In this document: positions 29,939 to 39,120 of the stretch, piece by piece | How positions within the stretch are numbered: the first letter of the stretch is position 1 | Layout: each line of letters starts with the position of its first letter | Source of the DNA: Cellvibrionales bacterium | GTDB lineage: Bacteria; Pseudomonadota; Gammaproteobacteria; Pseudomonadales; JAHEIH01 | DNA: 64,000 nucleotides | Assembly (NCBI GenBank): GCA_024639455.1 | Contig: JAHEIH010000004.1 | Coordinates: forward strand, 161,371-225,370 | Direction: 5' to 3' | The notes under the pieces: model-generated | Told to the model about the DNA's origin: nothing | The model's database searches: none | What the model saw: the letters and a program-made list of their open reading frames with translations, nothing else | Program-made: the position numbers and the translations under genes

Positions 29939-31420
29939 ATGTTACGTTTGCTTGTTGCAACCCTATTGTTAAGCGTCGCTGGGTGGGCTTCAGCCGGTCC
30001 AGCGGATGCCGAATGGGTGGACCAAGCGCATAAACCTCGGGTCATAATCCTGACCGATATCGGTAACGAGCCCGACGACCAAATGTCGCTGGTACGCTTT
30101 TTGTTGTATAGCAACCAGTACGACATAGAAGCCATGGTGGCGGTGACCTCTACCTGGCAGCGCGACAAGACCCAAGTGTCGACCATCAAAGAGATCGTTA
30201 AGACCTTTGGTGAGGTGCTGCCCAATCTACAATTACACGCCGAGGGCTGGCCAAGTGAGGCCTACCTCGCCGAGCATATTTTTGTCGGGCAGCCCGGTTA
30301 TGGTATGTCCGATGTTGGCACTAAAACATCTGCTGGTGCGCAAGCGATTATCGATGCCGCCTTTGCCGATGATGAGCGCCCGCTGTGGATCAACAACTGG
30401 GGCGGCGCCAATACCCTGGCACAGGCCCTGTGGCAAGTGCGGGAAAGTCGCACGGCGGATGAGTTGGTGCATTTTGTGAGTAAACTGCGCGTGTATTCTA
30501 TCTCCGACCAAGACGACAGCGGTGCTTGGATACGCCGAGAGTTCCCCGACCTACACTATGTTAATTTTCCTTCCAATGACAACGGCGAGGAATACGGCTT
30601 TGCCACCTGGACCGGTATCAGTGGCGACGGTTACTACCGCAATGGCGACGGGGCCGATACCCATTTGGTTAGCAACGCGTGGCTCGATGAGCACATTCGC
30701 AGCATTCAACCGCTGGGCAACCACTATCCACAATATTGGTTCATCATGGAGGGCGATACCCCAGCCTTCCTCGGCTTAATCGATAACGGTTTGGAAACCT
30801 ATCGCAGCCCCGCTTGGGGTGGCTGGAGTGGCCGCTACGTGCACCGCACGCCACGCGCCGAACAGAGCCCTTACTGGACACAAGGTGGCGACATGTTCTT
30901 GCGGGTCACCTCGCAGGACGAAGTGGTGGGTGTCGATGGCGGTACCTATTGGAGCGATCAAGCGACCATTTGGCGTTGGCGGGATGCCTATCAGCACGAC
31001 TTTGCGGCGCGCATGCAATGGACGGTAAAAAGTGTGCAAGACGCCAACCATAATCCTGTCATTTCCCTGGCCGGTTACCGGGAGGGCGAAACGCTGTTCA
31101 TCGATATGGCGGTAGGCGATCAGCTCATACTGGACGCGAGTGGTAGTCGCGACCCCGATGGCGACACACTGAACTATGCATGGATGCATTACAAGGAAGC
31201 GGGTTTTATTGGCAAAGCAAACATGGCCGATATGCAGCTCGACCCGCACGGCGCCGCCGTGACAATAACAGCCAAGGCGACCTGTCGCGCCCCTTGGTTG
31301 CCCAACTTTGTACAGTGCGAAAAGCAGGGTTTGGCACACATTATTCTGGCAGTAACAGATAACGGTGAACCCCACATGACGAGCTATCGACGTATCGTCA
31401 TTGACGTTCACGCTAAATAA
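29939..31420 (+). CDS. DUF1593 protein (Sde_0182-type nucleoside-hydrolase-like domain plus C-terminal beta domain), secreted
   Basis: Signal peptide. The hallmark KPRVIILTDIGNEPDDQMSLVRFLLYSNQYDIEAMVAVTS of the nucleoside-hydrolase-like DUF1593 domain. Confidence 0.7.
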   Translation: MLRLLVATLLLSVAGWASAGPADAEWVDQAHKPRVIILTDIGNEPDDQMSLVRFLLYSNQYDIEAMVAVTSTWQRDKTQVSTIKEIVKTFGEVLPNLQLHAEGWPSEAYLAEHIFVGQPGYGMSDVGTKTSAGAQAIIDAAFADDERPLWINNWGGANTLAQALWQVRESRTADELVHFVSKLRVYSISDQDDSGAWIRREFPDLHYVNFPSNDNGEEYGFATWTGISGDGYYRNGDGADTHLVSNAWLDEHIRSIQPLGNHYPQYWFIMEGDTPAFLGLIDNGLETYRSPAWGGWSGRYVHRTPRAEQSPYWTQGGDMFLRVTSQDEVVGVDGGTYWSDQATIWRWRDAYQHDFAARMQWTVKSVQDANHNPVISLAGYREGETLFIDMAVGDQLILDASGSRDPDGDTLNYAWMHYKEAGFIGKANMADMQLDPHGAAVTITAKATCRAPWLPNFVQCEKQGLAHIILAVTDNGEPHMTSYRRIVIDVHAK

Positions 31421-31464
31421 GAAATAGCGAAAGCTATCCATCACAGTGCATACGAGGAGTGATT

Positions 31465-33096
31465 ATGCAGCAGTTAAAATCGAAATGGCAGCGCTCGCTG
31501 CTGGTGGCCGGTGCGGTTAGCGCCATGTGGTTGGCCGGTTGTGGCCAGCCGCCCGCGGAAGCCCCAAACGCCGCGGCTGATATTACCATCGCCAACACCA
31601 CCAGTGGTCAGGTTAAGGGTGTGTTGGAAGGCGATATTTTGGCATTTAAAGGCATTCCGTATGCGGCGCCCCCAGTGGGTGATTTGCGTTGGGCACCCAC
31701 CCAAGCCATGCCCGCTTGGGACGGTGTACGCGATGCTAGTGAGTATGGTGCTGACTGCATGCAAGAGCCCTTCCCCAGCGATGCGGCGCCACTGGGCACG
31801 CAACCCGATGAGGATTGCTTGGTTGTTAACATCTGGCGTAAAGCGAAGCCTGCTAGTGAGTCGCTGCCGGTAGTGTTCTGGATCCACGGCGGTGGTTTCG
31901 TTAACGGCGGCTCATCGCCCGACGTGTATGACGGCAGCCCCTTTGCCGAGCAAGACACGCTATTCGTTAGCTTGAACTACCGCCTAGGGCGCTTTGGTTT
32001 CTTTGCTCACCCTGCGGTGACCGCTGAGGCTAAAGGCATGCTGGGTAACTACGGCTATATGGATCAGGTCGCTGCGCTGGAATGGGTGCGCGATAATATC
32101 GCTAATTTTGGCGGTAACCCCAATGATGTGACCATTATGGGTGAATCAGCCGGTGGGTTCTCGGTGATCAATCTGATGACCGCCAAGCAGTCACAAGGTC
32201 TGTTCCACAAGGCCATTGTCATGTCGGGCGGCGGCCGCGCGCGCATGGGTGGTATGCGCGGCATCAATGAAGCGCCAGAGGGTCAATTGTCTGGTGAACA
32301 AATCGGTCTGAACTTCGCCGCGTTCCACGGCATTGAAGGAGAGGGGGCTGAAGCCCTGGCGGCGATGCGTGCCCTGAGCCAAGAAGCCGTGACTAACAAA
32401 CTCAGCATGATCCAATTGTTCCGCCCTGATCCCGGTCCACAAACCTACGTGGGTGGCCCTTTGATGGATGGCGAGATGATCGCTGGCCAACAAAGTGCGG
32501 TGATTGCTGCGGGTGGCGCTGCCAAGGTGCCCGTATTGATTGGTACCACCAGCATGGATATCGGGTTCTTAGGTGGTGCGACCAAAGACGAAGTGTTTGC
32601 GCAGTTTGGCGATATGGCGGATGAGATGCGTGCGACCTACGATCCAAGTGGTGAGCTGCCTCTTGACGTCTTACGTGCGACCATCGGTGCTGACCAATCG
32701 ATGAATGAACCTGCCCATTTTGTGGCGCGCGAAATGACCAAGCACGGTCAAGACGCTTGGGTTTACCGCTTCTCCTACGTGGCCGAATCGATGCGCGCTG
32801 AGTGGCCAGGAGCCCCTCACGCGACAGATATTCCCTTCTTCTTTGACACGGTGAAAGCCAAGTATGGCGACGCACTCACCGCACAAGACGCCCGTGCTGC
32901 CGATAATGCATTGCAGGCATTTGCCAACTTTGTTAAAACCGGCAATCCAAATCCTGCTGGCAGCGATGCGTGGCCTACCTACCAAGGTGCCCACGGTCCG
33001 ATCATGGATTTTGATACGAACGGCGACGCCACGGTGAAAGATGATCCTTGGCAAGCGCGCTTGTCGGTACTGACAAAGTTCCTCGACGCGCAATAA
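31465..33096 (+). CDS. type-B carboxylesterase lipoprotein
   Basis: Lipobox WLAGC, oxyanion HGGGF, nucleophile elbow GESAGG. The ATG at 31465 follows GAGGAG. The ORF-track GTG at 31459 overlaps that RBS. Confidence 0.85.
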   Translation: MQQLKSKWQRSLLVAGAVSAMWLAGCGQPPAEAPNAAADITIANTTSGQVKGVLEGDILAFKGIPYAAPPVGDLRWAPTQAMPAWDGVRDASEYGADCMQEPFPSDAAPLGTQPDEDCLVVNIWRKAKPASESLPVVFWIHGGGFVNGGSSPDVYDGSPFAEQDTLFVSLNYRLGRFGFFAHPAVTAEAKGMLGNYGYMDQVAALEWVRDNIANFGGNPNDVTIMGESAGGFSVINLMTAKQSQGLFHKAIVMSGGGRARMGGMRGINEAPEGQLSGEQIGLNFAAFHGIEGEGAEALAAMRALSQEAVTNKLSMIQLFRPDPGPQTYVGGPLMDGEMIAGQQSAVIAAGGAAKVPVLIGTTSMDIGFLGGATKDEVFAQFGDMADEMRATYDPSGELPLDVLRATIGADQSMNEPAHFVAREMTKHGQDAWVYRFSYVAESMRAEWPGAPHATDIPFFFDTVKAKYGDALTAQDARAADNALQAFANFVKTGNPNPAGSDAWPTYQGAHGPIMDFDTNGDATVKDDPWQARLSVLTKFLDAQ

Positions 33097-33105
33097 TAAT
33101 GACTA

Positions 33106-33123
33106 GGGGAGGGTGACCTCCCC
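33106..33123 (+). repeat. GGGGAGG-GTGA-CCTCCCC hairpin after the esterase gene
   Basis: Perfect 7-bp stem with no clear U-tract. A near-copy lies at 35635-35650. Confidence 0.5.
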
Positions 33124-33144
33124 GTACGTTTCTTGGAGTAAATA

Positions 33145-34395
33145 ATGGAGACGGCATCTAGCAACAACGTAACTAACAGTTACGACCCTAGCGCAAATTA
33201 CACATTGCCCCTGGCGGGCTTAACCGCACTGTTTTTTATGTGGGGTTTTATTACCTGCTTGAACGATATTTTGATTCCCCACTTGAAAAACTTGTTCTCG
33301 CTGAGTTACACCCAGGCGATGTTGATTCAGTTCTGCTTCTTTGGGGCTTACTTTATTGTATCTATCCCGGCCGGTAAGTTGGTGCGCCGTCTTGGCTACC
33401 AGCGCGGTATCGTGGTGGGCTTGCTCGGCGCCGCTTTGGGTTGTGGCATGTTCCTTCCCGCCGCGAGTTTGCACTCATACGCCCTGTTCCTGGCAGGTCT
33501 GTTTGTCATGGCGTCGGGTATTACCATTCTTCAGGTATCGGCCAACCCTTACGTGGCGGCCCTCGGCAAGCCAGAAACCGCTTCTAGTCGTTTGACCCTG
33601 ACCCAAGCCTTTAACTCGTTGGGCACCACGGTGGCACCTTTCTTCGGCGCGATGTTGATTCTGGCGGCAGCAGAACCCGCGTTGGAAGGTATGAGCGAAA
33701 CAGCGATGCGTGCACAGGAAGCCGACGCCGTGAAAATGCCCTACTTGATGTTGGCATCGGCTTTTGTGGTATTGGCGATCATCTTCTACAACCTGCGTTT
33801 GCCCGTGGTACACGAAGAAGGCGATAGCGCTGAAAAATTGAAATACAGCGATTACCCTCACTTGGTACTGGGCGCTGTAGGTATTTTCATGTACGTAGGT
33901 GCGGAAGTCGCTATTGGTAGCTTCCTGGTGAACTTCATGGGTCTGGCAAACATCGCCGGCATGGATGAAGCAACCGCGGCGCCTTACATTGCCTACTACT
34001 GGGGCGGTGCCATGGTGGGGCGCTTTATCGGTGCTTGGGTGATGCAAAAAGTCCCCGCGGGTAAGGTGTTGGCCTTCAATGGCGGCATGGTCATCCTGCT
34101 GGTGGCGATCGCTATTGTCACCGAGGGAAGCATCGCGATGTGGTCACTGCTGGCTGTGGGCCTGTTTAACTCGATCATGTTCCCCACCATCTTTACCTTG
34201 GGTATTGCGGGTCTGGGTAACGGCACTAGCCAAGGTTCAGGTCTGATGTGCTTGGCCATCGTTGGCGGTGCGATCGTACCTCTGTTTATGGGCATGTTGG
34301 CCGATGTCAGCGGCATTCAGTTGGCGCTTATCCTGCCTGCGCTTTGCTACCTGTTCATTGTTTACTACGGTTTGGTGGGTCACAAGCCACGTTAA
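33145..34395 (+). CDS. MFS sugar permease, FucP/GluP (fucose or glucose/galactose:H+ symporter) type
   Basis: 12-TM protein with [19 protein letters not shown], characteristic of the FHS family. Confidence 0.8.
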   Translation: METASSNNVTNSYDPSANYTLPLAGLTALFFMWGFITCLNDILIPHLKNLFSLSYTQAMLIQFCFFGAYFIVSIPAGKLVRRLGYQRGIVVGLLGAALGCGMFLPAASLHSYALFLAGLFVMASGITILQVSANPYVAALGKPETASSRLTLTQAFNSLGTTVAPFFGAMLILAAAEPALEGMSETAMRAQEADAVKMPYLMLASAFVVLAIIFYNLRLPVVHEEGDSAEKLKYSDYPHLVLGAVGIFMYVGAEVAIGSFLVNFMGLANIAGMDEATAAPYIAYYWGGAMVGRFIGAWVMQKVPAGKVLAFNGGMVILLVAIAIVTEGSIAMWSLLAVGLFNSIMFPTIFTLGIAGLGNGTSQGSGLMCLAIVGGAIVPLFMGMLADVSGIQLALILPALCYLFIVYYGLVGHKPR

Positions 34396-34405
34396 TCGAT
34401 AGATG

Positions 34406-34438
34406 AAAAATCCAAGGGCGCCACTGGCGCCCTTTTTT
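34406..34438. terminator. rho-independent terminator between the convergent permease and LacI genes
   Basis: Stem AAGGGCGCC / GGCGCCCTT followed by a T-run. There is a partial A-run on the left. Confidence 0.8.
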
Positions 34439-34450
34439 ATCGATTACTGT

Positions 34451-35461
34451 TTAGGCCTTGGGAGGCATGGCGCTTTCACGCACCACAATGTCGTGGGTGA
34501 TTTTGATTTGGGTCTTGTGAAGGGGTTTCCCCTCGATAAGATCCAATAGCAAGCCCATGGCGACCTCGCCCATTTTCTTGGCTGGCTGCGCCACCGTTGT
34601 TAGGGCTGGCTCGCTGAAGCGCGCCATAGGGATATCGTCGAAACCGGTGACCGAGACATCTTCGGGAACGCGAATGCCTTTGCTCTTTAAGCCGCGAATG
34701 AAACCGCTAGCCATTTCGTCGGAACCCACCACAAACGCGGTGGGTCTATTTTGCATCGCGCACACTTGTTCAGCCGCATCGAACCCCGACTCGAAACTGT
34801 AGTCACCGTTCAGGTGCCACTCGGGGTGATACTTAATGCCTTTGCGCTGCAGTGCTTGCTGAAACCCTTTCAGGCGATCCACGGTGACGGGGCTGGGGTA
34901 CTTGTCGTTAAAAATACCCATCAAGCAACCAATTTTTTGGTGCCCAAGGTTGATCAGAAGTTCTGTGATTTCACGGCTCGCTGCCACGTTGTCGATGTGC
35001 ACTGTGGGATAGTGTGCGTTCGACGGACATTCACACAAATTGACAAAGGGAATGGTGTTGTTGGGGTCCAACATGATGTCGTGCACGTTTGAACTGACCT
35101 GGATGAAACCGTCCACCACGCGCGATTGAATACGCGAGATATAGTTCGCTTCGATGTCTTGCGAAAAGTGCGAGTTACCTAGCAATACCGAATAGCCACG
35201 GTCGATGGCAACCTTGTCGGCACTGGCGACCACGCGTGCCAAGAAGGGGTTGGTAATGTCATTGAGCAGGATCATTACCGCATTGGCGCGCGAGCGGTTG
35301 AGGTTGCGAGCCAAGGCGTTAGGGGTGTATTTAAGATTATTTACCGCCTCGCCTACGCGTAGCGCGGTTTTCTTTGACAACTTGTCGGGGGCACTAAAAA
35401 AACGCGACACGGTAGCGACCGAGACGTTAGCGTGGATGGCGACATCGACAATAGTTGTCAT
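34451..35461 (-). CDS. LacI-family transcriptional regulator (paralogue 2)
   Basis: HTH MTTIVDVAIHANVSVATVSRFF. Colinear similarity to the 12924 regulator throughout. The ORF is open to the GTG at 35470. Confidence 0.9.
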   Translation of the reverse strand: MTTIVDVAIHANVSVATVSRFFSAPDKLSKKTALRVGEAVNNLKYTPNALARNLNRSRANAVMILLNDITNPFLARVVASADKVAIDRGYSVLLGNSHFSQDIEANYISRIQSRVVDGFIQVSSNVHDIMLDPNNTIPFVNLCECPSNAHYPTVHIDNVAASREITELLINLGHQKIGCLMGIFNDKYPSPVTVDRLKGFQQALQRKGIKYHPEWHLNGDYSFESGFDAAEQVCAMQNRPTAFVVGSDEMASGFIRGLKSKGIRVPEDVSVTGFDDIPMARFSEPALTTVAQPAKKMGEVAMGLLLDLIEGKPLHKTQIKITHDIVVRESAMPPKA

Positions 35462-35634
35462 GGAATTCACTTATCATTCTTCTTAAACGTTCGATTCTAG
35501 AGAATACCCAGTGCCAGTACTATGGCGAATAGTAAGGTTATAACAAACCTGACAAAACCAACGCTATTTCTAGGGTTAGTGAGCTTACGAGACAGTGTCC
35601 TTAAGGTTGATTGAATTTACCAAAGAGGCATAGG

Positions 35635-35650
35635 GGGAGGTTGCCCTCCC
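35635..35650 (-). repeat. GGGAGG-N4-CCTCCC hairpin after the phosphotransferase gene
   Basis: 6-bp stem. Read in the direction of the upstream gene it has the same arm sequence as 33106-33123. Confidence 0.45.
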
Positions 35651-35655
35651 ACTTG

Positions 35656-36675
35656 TTAAATCAGTGCAGCGCCCATCTTGGCCAGCGGCAGCACCATTTC
35701 GCCCATCGCGACGGCTTTCTCGCTGGACGCATTGCCATCGAGACCGCGCTTTTTCACACCTTGTAAAATGGCAGCGAAACGGAACACACTGAACACCAAA
35801 TAAAAGTTCCAGTGGTCGATCTTGTCGATACCCATGTGGCGGCAGTACATGGCGACGTACTCTTCCTCGCTAGGAATGCCCATTGCTGTGCGATCCATGT
35901 CGCCGAGCCCTGCGATCAAACTTTCGCGAGGCATGCGCCATTGCATGCACTGGTAGGCTAGGTCGGCAAAGGGGTGGCCCAGGGTCGACAGTTCCCAATC
36001 GACCAGTGCCACCACGTTATTCGATTGCGTGTCGAACATCATGTTGTCGAGGCGGAAATCACCGTGCACTAACGACACGCGGCCGTCATCGGCTGGCATG
36101 TTGGCCGGCAGCCACTCGATCAGCGTTTCCATCTCGGGTATGGACTCGGTTTCGGTCGCGCGATACTGCTTGGTCCAGCGCGATACTTGGCGCTCGAAGT
36201 AACTGCCGGGACGGCCGTAATCGCCCAAACCCACCGCGTCGACATCTACCAAGTGCATGGCACCCAACACGCGGTTCATCTCGGCGTAAATTTCGGTGCG
36301 ACTCTCGGGGGTTTCTTCTGGGAGGGCGGGATCCCACATGACGCGGCCCTGTACGAACTCCATCAAGTAGAACATGCTGCCGATCACTGACGCGTCTTCG
36401 CACAGGTGGTAGGCCTTGGCGACTGGCACATCAGTGTTGGCTAAAGCTGAAATTACCTTGAACTCACGGTCTACCGCGTGGGCTGATTTGAGTAGCTCGC
36501 CGGGTGGCTTGCGGCGCAAAACATAATCACCACTGGCGGCTTTAATATGATAAGTCGGGTTCGATTGGCCGCCGGCAAACTTGTGGGCGGTCAAAGGGCC
36601 GCGAAAGCCCTCGACATGTTCGCTTAAATAGGCCGCTAAACGGGCTTCGTCGAAACTGTGTTCACTGTTTGACAT
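35656..36675 (-). CDS. APH-like phosphotransferase (ACAD10/11 N-terminal kinase-domain / LvaA-like)
   Basis: Kinase motifs LVHGDFRLDNMMF and DWELS. The ATG at 36675 is preceded by AGGAG. The ORF-track start at 36699 is less likely. Confidence 0.8.
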   Translation of the reverse strand: MSNSEHSFDEARLAAYLSEHVEGFRGPLTAHKFAGGQSNPTYHIKAASGDYVLRRKPPGELLKSAHAVDREFKVISALANTDVPVAKAYHLCEDASVIGSMFYLMEFVQGRVMWDPALPEETPESRTEIYAEMNRVLGAMHLVDVDAVGLGDYGRPGSYFERQVSRWTKQYRATETESIPEMETLIEWLPANMPADDGRVSLVHGDFRLDNMMFDTQSNNVVALVDWELSTLGHPFADLAYQCMQWRMPRESLIAGLGDMDRTAMGIPSEEEYVAMYCRHMGIDKIDHWNFYLVFSVFRFAAILQGVKKRGLDGNASSEKAVAMGEMVLPLAKMGAALI

Positions 36676-36698
36676 GTTGTCTCCTAGCTTCAAAATCA

Positions 36699-37919
36699 TT
36701 ACGCACTGTAACGGTCAATGATTTTTTTGCCTAGTGCCATTTGGTGCACTTGATCTGGGCCATCAGCCTGACGGCACCAGCGTGCGTAGTTAAAGGCCTC
36801 GGCCATGAAGTAGTCTTCGGTCAAGCCGCCGGCGCCGTGAATCTGCATGCAGCGGTCGATGACGTTCTGTACCAACAGCGGGATGGTGGTCTTGGTGGCG
36901 GCGATCATATCGATCGAATGCTCAACGCCTTCGTCGTCGATTTTCTTACAGGTCTTTTGTACCAGTAGGCGCGCCATCTCGATTTCAGAAAAGCTCTTAG
37001 AGATTTCTTCACGCACCGATTGGTGCTTGCTTAGCAGGCGACCAAAGGTGGTACGAGTGCTAGCGCGAACGCAAGCCAGTTCCAGCGAGCGCTGCGCAGC
37101 GCCAATCAAACGCATACAGTGGTGCATACGGCCGGGCCCAAGGCGACCCTGGGCGATTTCGAAGCCGCGGCCCTCGCCCAACAGGACGTTTTCTAAGGGA
37201 ACGCGCACGTTGTCGAAGACGATTTCAGCATGGCCGATGGGAGCATCGTCGTAGCCCAGGGTGGTCAATGGGCGTATCAATGTCACCCCAGGGGTGTCCT
37301 TGGGCACCAGTACCTGCGTCTGTTGCAGGTGGCGGCTTGGGTTGTTGGGGTCTGATTTGCCCATCACAATGAATATCTTAGTGGCTTCGTTCATCGCGCC
37401 AGTGATGAACCACTTGCGGCCATTCAGCACCCACTCGTCGCCTTCCTTGCGAATTTCCAGCTGGATGTTGGTCGCGTCGCTCGATGCCACTTGTGGCTCG
37501 GTCATGGCGTAAGAGGAGCGTATGTCGCCGTTCAACAGGGGTTTGAGCCACTTGTCCTGTTGCGCTTTGGTAGCGTAGTTCATAAAGACTTCCATGTTAC
37601 CGGTGTCGGGCGCGTTACAGTTAAACACCTCGGGGCACCAAACAACACGGCCCATTTCTTCAGCGAGGGGGGCGTAGTCTAGGAACGATAAACCACCGTG
37701 ATCGCAGTACTCGGCGTGCTCTTCCGGGACGAACAAATTCCACAGGCCAGCGGCTTTCGCCTTGGCTTTCAACTCTTGCATCAAAGGCAGGGTTTGGAAG
37801 CGGTTGGTGGCGTTGTGCAATTGCTCGGCGTAAGCCTTCTCGTTGGGGTAGATGTTCTCTTCCATGAACTGCTTCAGTTTTAACAGCAGTTGCTGAGATT
37901 TTTCGCTGTGTAGGTACAT
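36699..37919 (-). CDS. acyl-CoA dehydrogenase (ACAD10/11 C-terminal-domain / FadE2-like)
   Basis: 406 aa, ACAD fold. The N-terminus KLKQFMEENIYPNE is typical of this ACAD subgroup, which pairs with the APH-like kinase. Confidence 0.85.
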   Translation of the reverse strand: MYLHSEKSQQLLLKLKQFMEENIYPNEKAYAEQLHNATNRFQTLPLMQELKAKAKAAGLWNLFVPEEHAEYCDHGGLSFLDYAPLAEEMGRVVWCPEVFNCNAPDTGNMEVFMNYATKAQQDKWLKPLLNGDIRSSYAMTEPQVASSDATNIQLEIRKEGDEWVLNGRKWFITGAMNEATKIFIVMGKSDPNNPSRHLQQTQVLVPKDTPGVTLIRPLTTLGYDDAPIGHAEIVFDNVRVPLENVLLGEGRGFEIAQGRLGPGRMHHCMRLIGAAQRSLELACVRASTRTTFGRLLSKHQSVREEISKSFSEIEMARLLVQKTCKKIDDEGVEHSIDMIAATKTTIPLLVQNVIDRCMQIHGAGGLTEDYFMAEAFNYARWCRQADGPDQVHQMALGKKIIDRYSA

Positions 37920-38030
37920 GTCGTCGCTCCGGTTAAGATTAGATGAATAGCGCCATTATAGTGGGGTGATGTAATAATCCTAATTTATTTGTATGATGTA
38001 CCTTTATTGATTTTATTAATGTGGGTGGCC

Positions 38031-38942
38031 GTGCGATTAGAAAAAATTGACCTCAACCTATTCATCGTTTTTGAAGCCCTCTACCAGGAACAGAGCGTAA
38101 CGAGGGTGGCGGCCTTGCTCAACTTGACCCAACCGGCGGTCAGCAATGCCCTCAGTCGACTGCGGGCAATGTTTGACGACCCGCTATTTGTGCGCTCGCC
38201 CAATGGTATGCTGCCGACCCCTGTCGCCGATAACATGATCGTGGATGTGCGCGAAGCGCTCAATTTATTGGGAAGAAGTGTCTCGGCTAACGCCCAGTTT
38301 GACCCGGCGGTCTCTGAAAAGGTGTTTAGCTTGGGGATGAACGACCTGGCGGAATCGTTGGTGTTGCCGGCGTTGCGGCGCGAAATTCAGCGCGAGGCGC
38401 CACACATTACTGTGCAGAGTTACTACGTTGATCGATCACGCGCTACCGATGAACTCAAGGCGGGGGTGATCGATTTACTGCTCGATAACGAGGCGGTCAT
38501 GGCCAAGGAGTTTACCCACCGCTTTTTGGGCAAGCTGCCCTACGTGGTGGCCATGCGCCCCGATCACCCGCTGGCGACTTCGCCACTGGATCTTCAGAGC
38601 TACCTGGCGCATGATCACTTGCACGTGTCGAGTCGACGCAAGGGGCGGGGACAAATGGATATTGCACTGCACACCCTGGGCCATCGCCGAAACATCAAAA
38701 TGCGTGTACAAAGCTATCTGGTGGCCGAGCAAATTGTTTCGCAGACCGATCTGCTGTGGACCGCACCGCAGGAGTTTCTAAAATCCACGCAGTTGCACAT
38801 CGTTGAGCCGCCGTTTAGTCTTGAGCCGCTGACCTGGAACCTGTTTTGGCATAAGCAAGCCGATTTGGATCCGGCATCGATTTGGATGCGGCAAAAGATC
38901 ATCCAAATTGCCGATACCCTGCAGTATTTACAGCGCACTTAG
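38031..38942 (+). CDS. LysR-family transcriptional regulator
   Basis: HTH DLNLFIVFEALYQEQSVTRVAALLNLTQPAVSNALSRLR. The start is the GTG at 38031 or the ATG at 38019. It is divergent from the ACAD gene. Confidence 0.85.
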   Translation: MRLEKIDLNLFIVFEALYQEQSVTRVAALLNLTQPAVSNALSRLRAMFDDPLFVRSPNGMLPTPVADNMIVDVREALNLLGRSVSANAQFDPAVSEKVFSLGMNDLAESLVLPALRREIQREAPHITVQSYYVDRSRATDELKAGVIDLLLDNEAVMAKEFTHRFLGKLPYVVAMRPDHPLATSPLDLQSYLAHDHLHVSSRRKGRGQMDIALHTLGHRRNIKMRVQSYLVAEQIVSQTDLLWTAPQEFLKSTQLHIVEPPFSLEPLTWNLFWHKQADLDPASIWMRQKIIQIADTLQYLQRT

Positions 38943-39120
38943 TGTTCGTAAAATTAGTGGACGCCCCCGTTAAATCTTCTTCACGTCCATCCCCAGTAAT
39001 GGTTAAATGGCGATCAACTGAGAAATGTCGGAAAGCTTTTCTCATATTGCGACAAAATGCTTTGAAATTGGCACAAACGGAATACACTGTACCCCTTTTG
39101 AATACTGAAGGAATGCCACC

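Noticed and set aside
30776-31444. 222-aa minus-strand ORF antisense to the DUF1593 gene. Similar long antisense ORFs lie at 33475-34047, 25362-25847, 52011-52544, 56347-56874, 44966-45394, 39792-40256 and 32402-32875.
   Set aside because: All lie inside confidently assigned genes on the other strand, have skewed low-complexity composition and carry no recognisable motifs. I treat them as GC-driven open frames.
35481-35500. LacI-like half-palindrome CTTAAACGTTCGAT upstream of the second LacI gene
   Set aside because: Only the central AACGTT matches, and four or more mismatches fall in the outer positions. This is not distinguishable from chance.
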